Assembly: GCA_964370805.1 (NCBI GenBank)
Contig: CAYJKM010000002.1
Location: 1,599 to 65,598, forward strand
DNA: 64,000 bases
Direction of reading: 5' to 3'
Source of the DNA: an uncultured Alphaproteobacteria bacterium
Lineage (GTDB): Bacteria > Electryoneota > RPQS01
Part shown: in pieces, positions 29,317 to 38,813 of the stretch
Layout: every line of letters begins with the position of its first letter
How positions within the stretch are numbered: the stretch's first letter is position 1
Translations under genes and position numbers: made by a program
The notes under the pieces: model-generated
What the model was told of the DNA's origin: nothing
Database searches by the model: none
The model's input: the letters and a program-made list of their open reading frames with translations, nothing else

Positions 29317-31728
29317 ATGAACAGCGAACAGCATAAACAATTTCTAACCAAGTACGCGCTTGAAAGAGGCGCGTATGCAGAGTTCGCGGCACAATTAGAG
29401 ACCATATTGGGCCGAGCAGCAAGCCTTTATGCTCCTCTGGCTGTCATTCAGACCCGTGCCAAGAGTCTCTCGAGCTTTTCTGAGAAGGCGGTGCGAAAAG
29501 GAGACAAGTATCGAGACCCGCTGCGCCAGATGACGGATCTGTGCGGGGCACGTGTGATCGTACATACGCTTGAGGAAGTGGATCGAATCTGTGAATTTAT
29601 CAAGGCGAATTTCGAGATCGACGAAACGAACAGCCTGGACCTGCGCACGCGACTGTCCGCAAGTGAATTCGGCTATCTCTCTGTGCACTACGTTGTTTCC
29701 CCGAAACGGGCGGAAATCCTGGGAGTGCCGATTCCGCCGGGGATCCGTGATCGAAAAGCGGAGATCCAGGTGCGAACCATTCTGCAGCATGCCTGGGCCG
29801 ATATCAGTCACGACCGGATCTACAAGAGCACGTTCAAAATCCCGGAGCGTTGGATCCGGGAATCCGCTCGCCTGGCTGCCGTCCTGGAAAATGCGGACGC
29901 CGCCTTTGCGCGGCTGACAAGCGTGATGGACGATCTTGCAGCCCATTACGGTGCTCTGCTGACGCAAGATGAGTTCGAGCAGGAGACAGACATTCTGAAA
30001 ACCGTGCTGGCAAATGAGCCGGATCCTGAGAACAGACCACGGATTGCTCTGCGTCTGGCACGGCTCTTTGCGGCCAGTGAACAGTGGTCGCGGGCAATCA
30101 CAGTTCTCGAGGAATATGTTGACAACCAGGCTTCAGTGTTGCCCCAGATGCAAAGCGAATTAGGCCGAGCTTACTGTGAGGCTCATCGGGGCCTACCCGA
30201 CCACGAACTGTTTCGCCGGGGAACATTGTTGCTGCGGGCGGCCGCGGAAAGACAGGCCGATCCGCTGCGTCCGTCAGGTGAAGATGCGAACAGTCTGCGG
30301 GCAGCATCCTTATCTTATCTTGCCAAGTCGTACCGGTACGCAGACAACCCGGCGACCGACATACGTGACGTGCTGCTCGAAGCTCACCGGCTGCACCCCG
30401 CTAATCCGTATTACTTTGCGGCGTTTATCGAGTCGGATATCATTGCCCGAGGCGACACCGCTTCACTGCCCTTGCTGGGAAATGCTATTGGCGCCGCAAT
30501 TCGTACGTGCCAGGAACACATCGAATTCGGATTAGAACTGCCCGAGGCGTTTTTCACGATTGGAAAACTTCGGATTCTCCTGCATCAGCCGTACCAGGCG
30601 CTAAGTGCCTATGCAAAGGCTGTGGATGTGAGCCGATCGGGCAAGAACCGTGTCTCAAGGGCCAAACTTCAGGATGAAATCGAACGTCTTCAGAGTCTTC
30701 AAACTTATCTGCCGCGTTCCGAAGCGTTAGAGTGGGCTTTGCGGTTCTTGCACGTTGCAGTGAAGGCGTTTTGTGATGCGCCGCAAAATGAAGGCACAAG
30801 CACAGCGACATCCTTGCCTGTCGTTTACCTTGCCGGGAGTCTTCAGCCGCCAGCGGGATATTCCGACAACTTCTACCGCGAGATGCTGGCGGCAGTATTT
30901 CACAAGTATGATGGGTTGCTGATTACGCCAGTGGCCATCCCGCCGGAGCATCTCGGTAAGCACCCGGTGCGCAAATGCGATGGAACGGTGCCCGAGATAC
31001 TGAGCATTCTGGCTGAGTTGGTTGACAGCGGCAACGCGGTGGCTAAAGTCCCAGTAATCTGTATCGGCGGCGACGCCAATGCGGCCGCGGCGTGTCACGT
31101 TGCCCTTGCACTGGGGGCAACGGTCGGCGCTGTCGCATCCAGCGGCGGAGCCGCTTCTAACTTGATGCACGACGACGACTGGCATGATCATGACCGGCTC
31201 CTGGCGCTTCCGCACGATCGCATGACGCTCTGGGCCTTTATTAATGCAAGCGGCAAGTCTCCCTGGACGGCGGCTCAACTTGAAGCTGCGGCGCGGAGCG
31301 TGCATGAGCACTATTTGCAAATGAGAACTGAGGGGCAGCCAGAGCTTTCGCTGGTCCCCTGGTCATTCTTGGACGAGTCCCTCAAGGAATCGAATCGGCA
31401 ACAAGTGCTGAACATGAGTCAAGCACTCGCATACGCGGGAGTCATTACTGATTTCGGCCGGCCATCAACATCTGTCCCGGAACTTACACCAGCGCAAGTG
31501 GAATTAGTTGCGGAACTGGAACATGGCCGCTGGAATGTGGAACGATTGAAGGATGGGTGGAGGCCTGGACCAAAGAAGGACATTGCCGGGAAAATCAGTC
31601 CTTACCTGGTGGGTTGGAAAGATCTCCCTGAACAGATCAAAGATTATGATCGAAATGCGGCCAGGCAGTTTCCGGCAATCGTCTCAGCGTCAGGCTTGGA
31701 AATCACGTACCCGGTTCCCCACACTTGA
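29317..31728 (+). CDS. RelA/SpoT-like nucleotide pyrophosphokinase (alarmone-synthetase fold) fused to TPR-like helical region, SLOG-like domain and C-terminal RyR domain
   Basis: 803 aa. The synthetase motifs RAKSLSSFSEKAVRK, DLCGARVIV and EIQVRTILQHAWADISHDRIYK lie at aa about 40-170. A helical TPR-like middle follows. A Rossmann-like VVYLAGS...VICIGGDANAAAACHVALALGATVGAVASSGGAASNL segment (SLOG/LOG-like) follows that. The C-terminal LAELEHGRWNVERLKDGW.PGPKKD..GKISPYLVGWKDLPEQIKDYDR matches the RyR domain consensus. Confidence 0.65.
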   Translation: MNSEQHKQFLTKYALERGAYAEFAAQLETILGRAASLYAPLAVIQTRAKSLSSFSEKAVRKGDKYRDPLRQMTDLCGARVIVHTLEEVDRICEFIKANFEIDETNSLDLRTRLSASEFGYLSVHYVVSPKRAEILGVPIPPGIRDRKAEIQVRTILQHAWADISHDRIYKSTFKIPERWIRESARLAAVLENADAAFARLTSVMDDLAAHYGALLTQDEFEQETDILKTVLANEPDPENRPRIALRLARLFAASEQWSRAITVLEEYVDNQASVLPQMQSELGRAYCEAHRGLPDHELFRRGTLLLRAAAERQADPLRPSGEDANSLRAASLSYLAKSYRYADNPATDIRDVLLEAHRLHPANPYYFAAFIESDIIARGDTASLPLLGNAIGAAIRTCQEHIEFGLELPEAFFTIGKLRILLHQPYQALSAYAKAVDVSRSGKNRVSRAKLQDEIERLQSLQTYLPRSEALEWALRFLHVAVKAFCDAPQNEGTSTATSLPVVYLAGSLQPPAGYSDNFYREMLAAVFHKYDGLLITPVAIPPEHLGKHPVRKCDGTVPEILSILAELVDSGNAVAKVPVICIGGDANAAAACHVALALGATVGAVASSGGAASNLMHDDDWHDHDRLLALPHDRMTLWAFINASGKSPWTAAQLEAAARSVHEHYLQMRTEGQPELSLVPWSFLDESLKESNRQQVLNMSQALAYAGVITDFGRPSTSVPELTPAQVELVAELEHGRWNVERLKDGWRPGPKKDIAGKISPYLVGWKDLPEQIKDYDRNAARQFPAIVSASGLEITYPVPHT

Positions 31729-31859
31729 CACGAGTTTCCCGATCTTGTCCGGGACTACAGAGTGGTTGCGCGGGCTGGCCTGAATGATCCGATTCTCAGC
31801 CACTGAAGAGTGGTTATCCCAAACAGCGTATTTCATCTCAACCGAATGATGCAGCGAAT

Positions 31860-32408
31860 ATGAAACCTCCGAAGACGGAAGGTTTATTCGACTATCCATT
31901 GCCGATCCCGCGTCACACGCTCTACGAAGAGCTGGGCCTGGGCCCCGAGGCGACGCCGGAAGAGATCCGGGAGGCCAAGGCTGAAGCCGTGCGGAAACTT
32001 CGTGCGCGCCGTGCAGCCATTCAGACGAGGATGGCGAGCCTGACCGCCGGTTCGCACCCCTCGCGAACGCAGCACGCAGAGCAAGAACAGCATGAGCGTG
32101 AGCTTCGACAGCTCCGCGCGGAGCACAAGAAGCTCGAGGAGCGGGAAGTGCAGATCAATACCATTGGCTTGGAATCCACTGAAAAGCGACGCCAGTACGA
32201 TGCGGAACATCCACCGCTCGCTCTGTTGAAACTCGCGCCGCCGGCGGGGGATGTGTTCAAAGATAATCGCCTCGTAATCGTTCTTCTGCGCCGGGAATTG
32301 TCAGCGTTTCTCCAGCAGCGCGGCATGGATGTGTTTCATCCCTCGGATCTGACACGCATCGATTTCACGTCTGACTTCACTTATTTTGAAATTCTGGACG
32401 GAGAATAG
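31860..32408 (+). CDS. Divergent J-domain-like protein (HPS instead of HPD), otherwise hypothetical
   Basis: 182 aa. N-terminal LYEELGLGPEATPEEIREAKAEAVRKL...SHPS resembles J-domain helices II and III but is non-canonical, with no Zn-finger or C-terminal domain. First gene of a tightly packed operon. Confidence 0.35.
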   Translation: MKPPKTEGLFDYPLPIPRHTLYEELGLGPEATPEEIREAKAEAVRKLRARRAAIQTRMASLTAGSHPSRTQHAEQEQHERELRQLRAEHKKLEEREVQINTIGLESTEKRRQYDAEHPPLALLKLAPPAGDVFKDNRLVIVLLRRELSAFLQQRGMDVFHPSDLTRIDFTSDFTYFEILDGE

Positions 32409-32411
32409 ATC

Positions 32412-33203
32412 ATGACGTCTCGAACGCCCAAAGCCGGTCGCAAGCGACCTTCTGCGGCCGGGAAGAAAGCCGGGCGCCTTGCCGGGGACAGACCGGATTC
32501 GCAAAACACGGCGACGAGTCTGCCTCTTGGCGGCGACTCAATCCCGTTGCCATCGGAACCTGAGATTTACCGGGTGGATGCGGCGGTGGTGGCTGAAAAG
32601 TATGCACACCGGCCACCGCGCGGTGATCACGGCTCAACCCGCTTCCCGTGGCGCGAGCACGTGCACCGGCTGGAAGCCGGCATCGAAGAAATGAACGATG
32701 ACATGCTTGTGCAGTTGAAGCAGCTGCAGGGACTTCAGTCACAGCTGTCAGAACTGTCGGAATTGGTGCATGCTCTGCGCGTGACGCATTTGAGCGAGTT
32801 GCGCAGCATGGCGATCTCGCTGGACAATCTCCGCCGCGATCTGATTTCCGAACGCCAGGCATTCTCGGCACGGAGCACGTTTAACGCCGTCCTGCCGTGC
32901 CTCGACTCGCTGATGCGGATGCAAAGTGCCGCCAACCGGAATTCGCAGTCCGAATTTGAAGCACAACTTGCCGCCACAGTAGACACACTGAGGCGAGCGT
33001 TAAGTGGGTTGGGATTTACAGAATTTACCTGCTCACCTGGAGAGCGATACGACCCCGTACTGATGGAATGCCTGGGTGAGGCGGACGGTGAGAACGGTGT
33101 TGTGCTTGCGATTGTCCGGCCCGGATACCGGGTCGGTACAATCATCGCTCGGCCCTGCGGAGTCTTGATCTCATGCTCATCAAACGAAACTGAAATCCAA
33201 TAG
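32412..33203 (+). CDS. GrpE-like nucleotide-exchange-factor homolog
   Basis: 263 aa. A basic disordered N-terminus, a coiled-coil middle, and a C-terminal beta-domain GENGVVLAIVRPGYRVGTIIARPCGVLIS resembling the GrpE C-terminal signature. Confidence 0.5.
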   Translation: MTSRTPKAGRKRPSAAGKKAGRLAGDRPDSQNTATSLPLGGDSIPLPSEPEIYRVDAAVVAEKYAHRPPRGDHGSTRFPWREHVHRLEAGIEEMNDDMLVQLKQLQGLQSQLSELSELVHALRVTHLSELRSMAISLDNLRRDLISERQAFSARSTFNAVLPCLDSLMRMQSAANRNSQSEFEAQLAATVDTLRRALSGLGFTEFTCSPGERYDPVLMECLGEADGENGVVLAIVRPGYRVGTIIARPCGVLISCSSNETEIQ

Positions 33204-33214
33204 AGGAATGGACG

Positions 33215-35215
33215 ATGTGGCACACAGTCATTGGAATTGATTTGGGAACTACGTACAGTGCGGTGGCCTCCTATCATGCTGGTCAGGAACAGGCGATGTT
33301 GATTGAAGACCATAATGAAGGGAACGCACTGACCACCCCTTCCGTAGTGGGATGGGATTCCGGCGCCGGCAGAGTCATTGTGGGGCGAACCGCCCGACGA
33401 ACCGTTCGTGCATTGCAGAAGCCGATCATCGAAATCAAGCGTGAAATGGGAGAAGTATTCGATGAGAAGTTGCTCGACCGCTTTAATGCCCGCGGGGTGT
33501 ACAATGTCGGCGACCCGGTCCGCGTCTTCTTTGCCGGCGAATGGCTGCTGCCGCAGGAGATTAGTGCGTTCACGCTGACCCGAATGCGGCAGATTGCTGA
33601 ACAGGAACTCCGTACGGAGATCCGGGACGCGGTGGTCACGGTTCCGGCCTATTTTACCGACAAACAAAAGAGTGCGACATATGAAGCGGCGCTGCTGGCA
33701 GGACTGTACCCGCGGCAGTTAATCGCAGAGCCGACGGCGGCGGCAATCTGTTACGGCGTGGACACGTGGAACCCTGACCGTCGAGTCTACCTGGTCTACG
33801 ATCTGGGCGGAGGCACATTTGATGTTTCGATTATCGAGGTGGAGGGCGAGCGGATTGATGTTATTGCCACGTCGGGGGACCGCCGCCTGGGCGGCAGCGA
33901 TTTCGATAACGCCATTACCGAATGGGCCATGAACGAGCTGAAGCGGGATGGATTGGACGTGCTGCAGGTTCCCGCAGGCAGGGAACTGCTCAAGCAGGCC
34001 GCGGAAGAGGCCAAGATCCTTCTCAGCTCGTATCAAGAGACGAAGCTGAATCTGGCAGAAGTCTATCCCAATCGGCCGCCGCAACTCATTTTGACCCGCG
34101 AGAAATTCCTGGAGCTGATTAATGCGGACCTGCGAAAGTCCCTGAGCTTTGTCGATGACGCGTTGGAGCGTGCGCAACATAATCGCAATATTGCCCGCGA
34201 GGACGTCTCGGCAGTACTTCTGGTGGGTGGATCAACACGGATTCCTAAAGTCCGCGAGATGCTCGCCGAACATTTTCTCAAAGATGCATCATTTGTGCGA
34301 GCCGATGCGGATCCTGACGCCGTGGTGGCGCGTGGCGCGGCTGTCGTAGCCCACCGGTTTGAGCCCACGCCGCCACCCTTCGACATTACCCGGCCAACGG
34401 ACGACGCGTCGAATATTCGACTGGCGGATGACGGCTTGGTGATCGGGCTAATTACGGAGCATTCGCTCGGCGTCGGGACTGCTAACCACGATCTCGTGGA
34501 CAAGATCGTCACTCAGGGCACCAGTATTCCGGTCACGGTGACCAAGAGCGGCTACACCAATTCGGGCCAGGGAAGCTATACCATGGTTCCCGTTTGTCAA
34601 GGCGAAGGCGATTACCTGCCGCAGAACACCAAAATCGGTGAATTAAAAATTGGGCCTCACGCCGCGTCTCCACCGGGAACGCATCAGTTTGAAGTAACCT
34701 TTGCGTTGGACGTGAATGGACTTTTGACGGTGAGCGTTCGTCACATCAATGAGAACAAGACGTACACAGATCAATACGTTCGCAAGACCAGCGTCGGCGG
34801 CCTGGCCGCGCTGGTTCCGCTTTACAACCGCATCCTTCGTTATTATTTTGGAGCCGGAGGCGCCACTGATTTGAACCTTCCGCCGCCACAGCTTGATGAT
34901 CACCGAGCCCCAACCGATGACTCCACCACGCCGCGGGAAACTCCGCCCTATCCGGGCACGGAGGGCAAGAGTCTTCCACGTCCCGGGGCAGCAGCTTCAC
35001 CCACGCTTGTTGAGGTTTCCGGAAATGTCCCGGAAGCTTTCAAGAGCCTTGTGCGGCGATCCCAGAAACTTCTGCTGTCCAAACTGGATGTTCAACTCGC
35101 GGAGCGCTTTAATCGGTTTGTCAGTGCGCTGAATGCGAGTGCATCCAACGAGAAGCTGGAGGAACTGGCTGACGAACTTGAGGATGCCTATCACGATGCC
35201 CGCACGCAGTCCTGA
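33215..35215 (+). CDS. Hsp70 (DnaK-like) paralog, non-housekeeping
   Basis: 666 aa. NBD motifs IGIDLGTTYSAVA, DLGGGTFDVSI and LLVGGSTRIPKV are present. The SBD-beta is recognisable (CQGEGDYLPQNTKIGELKIG...EVTFALDVNGLLTVS). The canonical lid is replaced by a Pro-rich divergent C-terminus. Confidence 0.8.
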   Translation: MWHTVIGIDLGTTYSAVASYHAGQEQAMLIEDHNEGNALTTPSVVGWDSGAGRVIVGRTARRTVRALQKPIIEIKREMGEVFDEKLLDRFNARGVYNVGDPVRVFFAGEWLLPQEISAFTLTRMRQIAEQELRTEIRDAVVTVPAYFTDKQKSATYEAALLAGLYPRQLIAEPTAAAICYGVDTWNPDRRVYLVYDLGGGTFDVSIIEVEGERIDVIATSGDRRLGGSDFDNAITEWAMNELKRDGLDVLQVPAGRELLKQAAEEAKILLSSYQETKLNLAEVYPNRPPQLILTREKFLELINADLRKSLSFVDDALERAQHNRNIAREDVSAVLLVGGSTRIPKVREMLAEHFLKDASFVRADADPDAVVARGAAVVAHRFEPTPPPFDITRPTDDASNIRLADDGLVIGLITEHSLGVGTANHDLVDKIVTQGTSIPVTVTKSGYTNSGQGSYTMVPVCQGEGDYLPQNTKIGELKIGPHAASPPGTHQFEVTFALDVNGLLTVSVRHINENKTYTDQYVRKTSVGGLAALVPLYNRILRYYFGAGGATDLNLPPPQLDDHRAPTDDSTTPRETPPYPGTEGKSLPRPGAAASPTLVEVSGNVPEAFKSLVRRSQKLLLSKLDVQLAERFNRFVSALNASASNEKLEELADELEDAYHDARTQS

Positions 35216-36704
35216 TCTTCCTCGCGAGTTGGACATTGACTTTATGGGTGACGGGCGCAAACGCGTGGTTCGTGTCGGTTCGGCCATGTGGGGTCACGTG
35301 TTCGCGGCAGAGCCAGAGCGCACGTTCTACCGGATTATTCCGTTGGCATACCTGCCAACTTGGGAGATGCGGCAAAAGGCTGTGGCTCTTGTCGGTCGCG
35401 ATCCGTTGCCGGGATTGCCGCGCTACCTGCGGGCGGAGCAAGTTACCATCGCGGACGATGACGGGTATTTTGTGATCGAGTATCAGGTGGTGTCCGCAAG
35501 CGCGCCAGCTTTCGACTTAGAGACGGCTGACCCGCTTCGCAGGCTGGAACGGGTGTGTGCAGTGATGAATGAGCTTGGGGCCTGGCGCCAGCGGTTGGAT
35601 CAGGCGCTCTTTCTCATGCCGTCGGATATTGTCTTCGTAGACAACATTCCCATCCTGCTGTTTACGCCGGATTGGGGGCTGCCGCCCCTTGACGCGATCT
35701 TTCAAGAGCCGATCCGATCCCGCTATCTGCCGCCGGAGGCCATCACGGGCAAGGATTCAATTCTCTGGCGTGGCAATAGCGACGTCTTTTCGCTGGGGAT
35801 GATCGCGCTGCAGTGTTTTTACACCCTTCCTCTTGCCGACGATTCTGAAACGGCGTTGATGCTTGCAGCAGCGGGTTCAGTCCCCGAACTGTCCAGTCAG
35901 CCGGGCACATTGCCTTACTGGATGTACAAGGCTCCGGGCTTGCAGGAGGCGCTGAAACTATTGTCCCGGACCGTTTCCTCTGCTCGCGTGCGCAGCGCCG
36001 TCGAACCCTTTTCGCTGGCCCGGTCGCTGAATCAATGCCGTACCCGCATGCTGCCGGAGCGCGCCGCCGAAGAACTGCGCCAGATGGGACAGTCGCGCGA
36101 GGCCTTCAACCTGCTTCATGATGCGATGCTGGTCCAAACCACGCATGAGCTTGCGTTACTGGCGGGCGAGATCGCGCTGCACGATCTGAATGATCCGCTG
36201 GAAGCCATTGACATTCTCGAAAAAGCCATCGAGCGGGATCACCATCGCGTCGCCGCTTACGTGCACCAGTTTGAGGCGATCAGCAAGCTGACTCGATTAC
36301 TCAATGAATTTCGGCTGCTTGAACAGGCTCCGTCCGCGCGAGAACGCATGGACGACCTGATCTGGCGCGACTTCAACCGGATGGACGCGGATCAGCAGCG
36401 GGATAATGAGGTCGCGATGAGTCGGTATTTTCTCTTTCGCCGTCAGTATGAGGCAGCGGCTCATTTTATCTTCCCGCGGTTGCGCATGGGCGCGACACAC
36501 ATGTGGTGGAAGTTTGACTTGAATCTCAATTACGTACGCGCATTGGCCGGGCAGCAGCGAATCGCCGAGGCGTCAGCGTTGCTGCGGTACGTTGCCGGCA
36601 AACTGGACTTTGCCCGCCAGGGCAAGACCCTGGCTCATCATGAAATCACGCGTTTAGATGCCGACGTGCGCGAACTGGCCGACCAACTGAGTGTCGAATT
36701 GTGA
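35184..36704 (+). CDS. Protein-kinase-like (probable pseudokinase) domain fused to helical/TPR-like C-terminal region
   Basis: About 507 aa. Kinase-like subdomains are degenerate: SDIVFVDN in place of HRD..N, DWG in place of DFG, YLPPEAITGK for the APE region, and DVFSLGMIALQCF for subdomain IX. Catalytic His/Arg/Lys are missing. It overlaps the Hsp70 stop. Confidence 0.45.
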   Translation: MPITMPARSPDLPRELDIDFMGDGRKRVVRVGSAMWGHVFAAEPERTFYRIIPLAYLPTWEMRQKAVALVGRDPLPGLPRYLRAEQVTIADDDGYFVIEYQVVSASAPAFDLETADPLRRLERVCAVMNELGAWRQRLDQALFLMPSDIVFVDNIPILLFTPDWGLPPLDAIFQEPIRSRYLPPEAITGKDSILWRGNSDVFSLGMIALQCFYTLPLADDSETALMLAAAGSVPELSSQPGTLPYWMYKAPGLQEALKLLSRTVSSARVRSAVEPFSLARSLNQCRTRMLPERAAEELRQMGQSREAFNLLHDAMLVQTTHELALLAGEIALHDLNDPLEAIDILEKAIERDHHRVAAYVHQFEAISKLTRLLNEFRLLEQAPSARERMDDLIWRDFNRMDADQQRDNEVAMSRYFLFRRQYEAAAHFIFPRLRMGATHMWWKFDLNLNYVRALAGQQRIAEASALLRYVAGKLDFARQGKTLAHHEITRLDADVRELADQLSVEL

Positions 36705-38545
36705 AGCACTTATGTTCTCGCATGTTTTCCTTCCGGCGGCTTGCAGCGTCTGCATTAATACTGTTGTGCCTGTTTTCATTGTCGCGCATCCGGGCTGCGG
36801 ATTCAACCCTCGGAATTCATTCCACGACACAGTCCGCGGACTCAATATGTGGATGCTGCGGCCGATCGCTCAAGACTGCCGCGCGGCTTTCCGATACCAC
36901 CCTTACCCCATTGCTGGAGCAGAGAGCCCGGCAGGTTGCAAGCCGGGAGCGATGGACAACCATACTGGCCGGGGCTGGACTGCTGGCCCTGGTCGTGTTC
37001 TATTTTGCAGTGCTGGTCCCACACCGTCGCCGCCGGCCTCTGACAGAGGCCCTGCGGCGGCTAACGGCTGCTTCACTCTCGGAAGCAGAACTTCAGGCCA
37101 TTGAATCGCTGTTGGATCGGGCTCTGACGGCCGGGTTGCGCCGAACCGATATCGCGGAGGTGCGCTTTCATCTGGCGTTTGTCCGAACACAACTCGGGCG
37201 GTACAAAGAAGCCTTGGGGGTGCTGAGTGACTTGAAGGGCGAGCCCAAACGGCGCAAGGAGATTGTCTATCTCGAACTGTATCTGCACTCCCGTCTGGAA
37301 GAGTATGTCGAGATGGAGCAGATTTTCGAGCAGCGCGGTAGTGTCCTCGATGGTTATCTAGACACCGCGCTGATGATGGGGATCGCGCTGCTGCATCTCG
37401 GGCGGCAAAACTGGAAACGGAGGGATATCGAGCAAGCCGTGCGCTATTTCGAGCGCGTCCGATCTCTGGGCGTATTGCTGGATGAAGTCCCTGCTAACGT
37501 CGGTGATCACCAGATTCTCCTCGGAGTGCTGGTCTTATTTGACAAGGATGTTGTCGGTGCACGAGCGCACTTCGACGGCGCGAAAACGTCGGCGGAAGCG
37601 AACACTGTCACGTCGTTGCAGGCCGAATTAGGGCTGCTGCTCTGCGATTGGATTTCCGAGGAGATGCCGGACATTGACGGCGGGCTGCTCCAAGCCGTAG
37701 GGATGATGGAGCAGCAATTCGGCTTCCCGCGCGATTCGCAACATGAAGGCGAAGCCGCTGACACCGCAGAGCATCTGGCCGGCGAGAATTTGGAGCGGCT
37801 TTATGTAGCGCTGCTGCTTTGGCATGCCGTCTCTTTGATTTACACGTGGTTCCGGCTTCCCGCGAAGACCCGACTGCCCGAGACAGAACTGAGACAACTG
37901 GATGAGCGCGTGGAAAAAGTAAAGCAGGCCGACCCAGAGCTCGGAGATCCATACCTAATCCAAGGATTAATCCGCTACTACTTTGCCACGGACAATGATT
38001 CCAAGTGGCGTGCGGTGGAGTGCTTGGACACGGCTGTTCAGAAAGGGGCCCAAGTCCCGGAGGTCATAAGTTTGGTCGCCAGCGAAAAGCGGCTGGATGA
38101 ACTGGAGCGCGACCGGCTCGGGCGATTCTTGGCGCTGGTAAAGTCATGGTTGTCCAATCGTACGGTGCCGGATTCGATTCGCCGCCATCTGCAGGAAGAG
38201 CTGGCGAGATTCGACCGCTTCCATGTGCTTCAAGATGTCGAAATAGCCGGGGCGGATGAAGATATCGAGCCGTCGGTAAAGGATATCCGGAATCGCAGCG
38301 AGATTGTTCGGAAGCGAGTGCAGACCATCATCGGACAACTCCTCAAAACCGCGGAAACGACAGAGGCCACGGCCATCAACGAGCATCTCACACAGATATC
38401 CTCCGAAACAACAAAGATTGAAGAAGCAGTGAAGCAACTCGACAATCTGGAAGGGGAACTCATGCTGCAGGCCGGGCAATTCCTTTTGAAAGAAGAAGAT
38501 GAGCTGCCGCCAATCCTGCCGCAAGCGGGGGAGTCCGAGCCATGA
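36701..38545 (+). CDS. Membrane-anchored TPR/helical-repeat protein, hypothetical
   Basis: 614 aa. N-terminal hydrophobic signal-like segment plus a TM helix (ILAGAGLLALVVFYFAVLV), then long alpha-helical repeats. ATGA overlap upstream. Confidence 0.45.
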   Translation: MKHLCSRMFSFRRLAASALILLCLFSLSRIRAADSTLGIHSTTQSADSICGCCGRSLKTAARLSDTTLTPLLEQRARQVASRERWTTILAGAGLLALVVFYFAVLVPHRRRRPLTEALRRLTAASLSEAELQAIESLLDRALTAGLRRTDIAEVRFHLAFVRTQLGRYKEALGVLSDLKGEPKRRKEIVYLELYLHSRLEEYVEMEQIFEQRGSVLDGYLDTALMMGIALLHLGRQNWKRRDIEQAVRYFERVRSLGVLLDEVPANVGDHQILLGVLVLFDKDVVGARAHFDGAKTSAEANTVTSLQAELGLLLCDWISEEMPDIDGGLLQAVGMMEQQFGFPRDSQHEGEAADTAEHLAGENLERLYVALLLWHAVSLIYTWFRLPAKTRLPETELRQLDERVEKVKQADPELGDPYLIQGLIRYYFATDNDSKWRAVECLDTAVQKGAQVPEVISLVASEKRLDELERDRLGRFLALVKSWLSNRTVPDSIRRHLQEELARFDRFHVLQDVEIAGADEDIEPSVKDIRNRSEIVRKRVQTIIGQLLKTAETTEATAINEHLTQISSETTKIEEAVKQLDNLEGELMLQAGQFLLKEEDELPPILPQAGESEP

Positions 38546-38790
38546 AGCTGATGCGCAAGCAGACTGTTCCTGCGAAGACGTGGTTGCTCGAGCAGCTTGA
38601 ACGCATCGAGTATCAGCGCAAGGACAGCCACGAAGAGATCCAGGCTGAGCAGATGAATCTCGCGGGTTCGTTGTTGCTCCTGACGGGTATCAACCATGAG
38701 CACGAATATGAGGTTTGCACTCAGCTCGCGTCCCATCTTCTCGAAAAGCTCCCGACTCCCAGGCTGAGCGATGAATTCGACGAAGAATAA
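38542..38790 (+). CDS. Small hypothetical protein (82 aa)
   Basis: ATGA overlap with the upstream gene. Acidic C-terminus and no recognisable motif. Confidence 0.35.
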   Translation: MKLMRKQTVPAKTWLLEQLERIEYQRKDSHEEIQAEQMNLAGSLLLLTGINHEHEYEVCTQLASHLLEKLPTPRLSDEFDEE

Positions 38791-38813
38791 GTGATTGGAC
38801 AAGTAAGCAGATC

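Noticed and set aside
31860-35215. Reading the Hsp70/GrpE/J-like genes as the housekeeping dnaK operon
   Set aside because: The J-like protein lacks HPD, Gly/Phe and Zn-finger regions. The Hsp70 lacks the canonical lid and C-terminus. The order is J, GrpE, Hsp70 and the operon continues into TIR, TPR and pseudokinase genes inside an accessory island, which is not the conserved grpE-dnaK-dnaJ or hrcA context.
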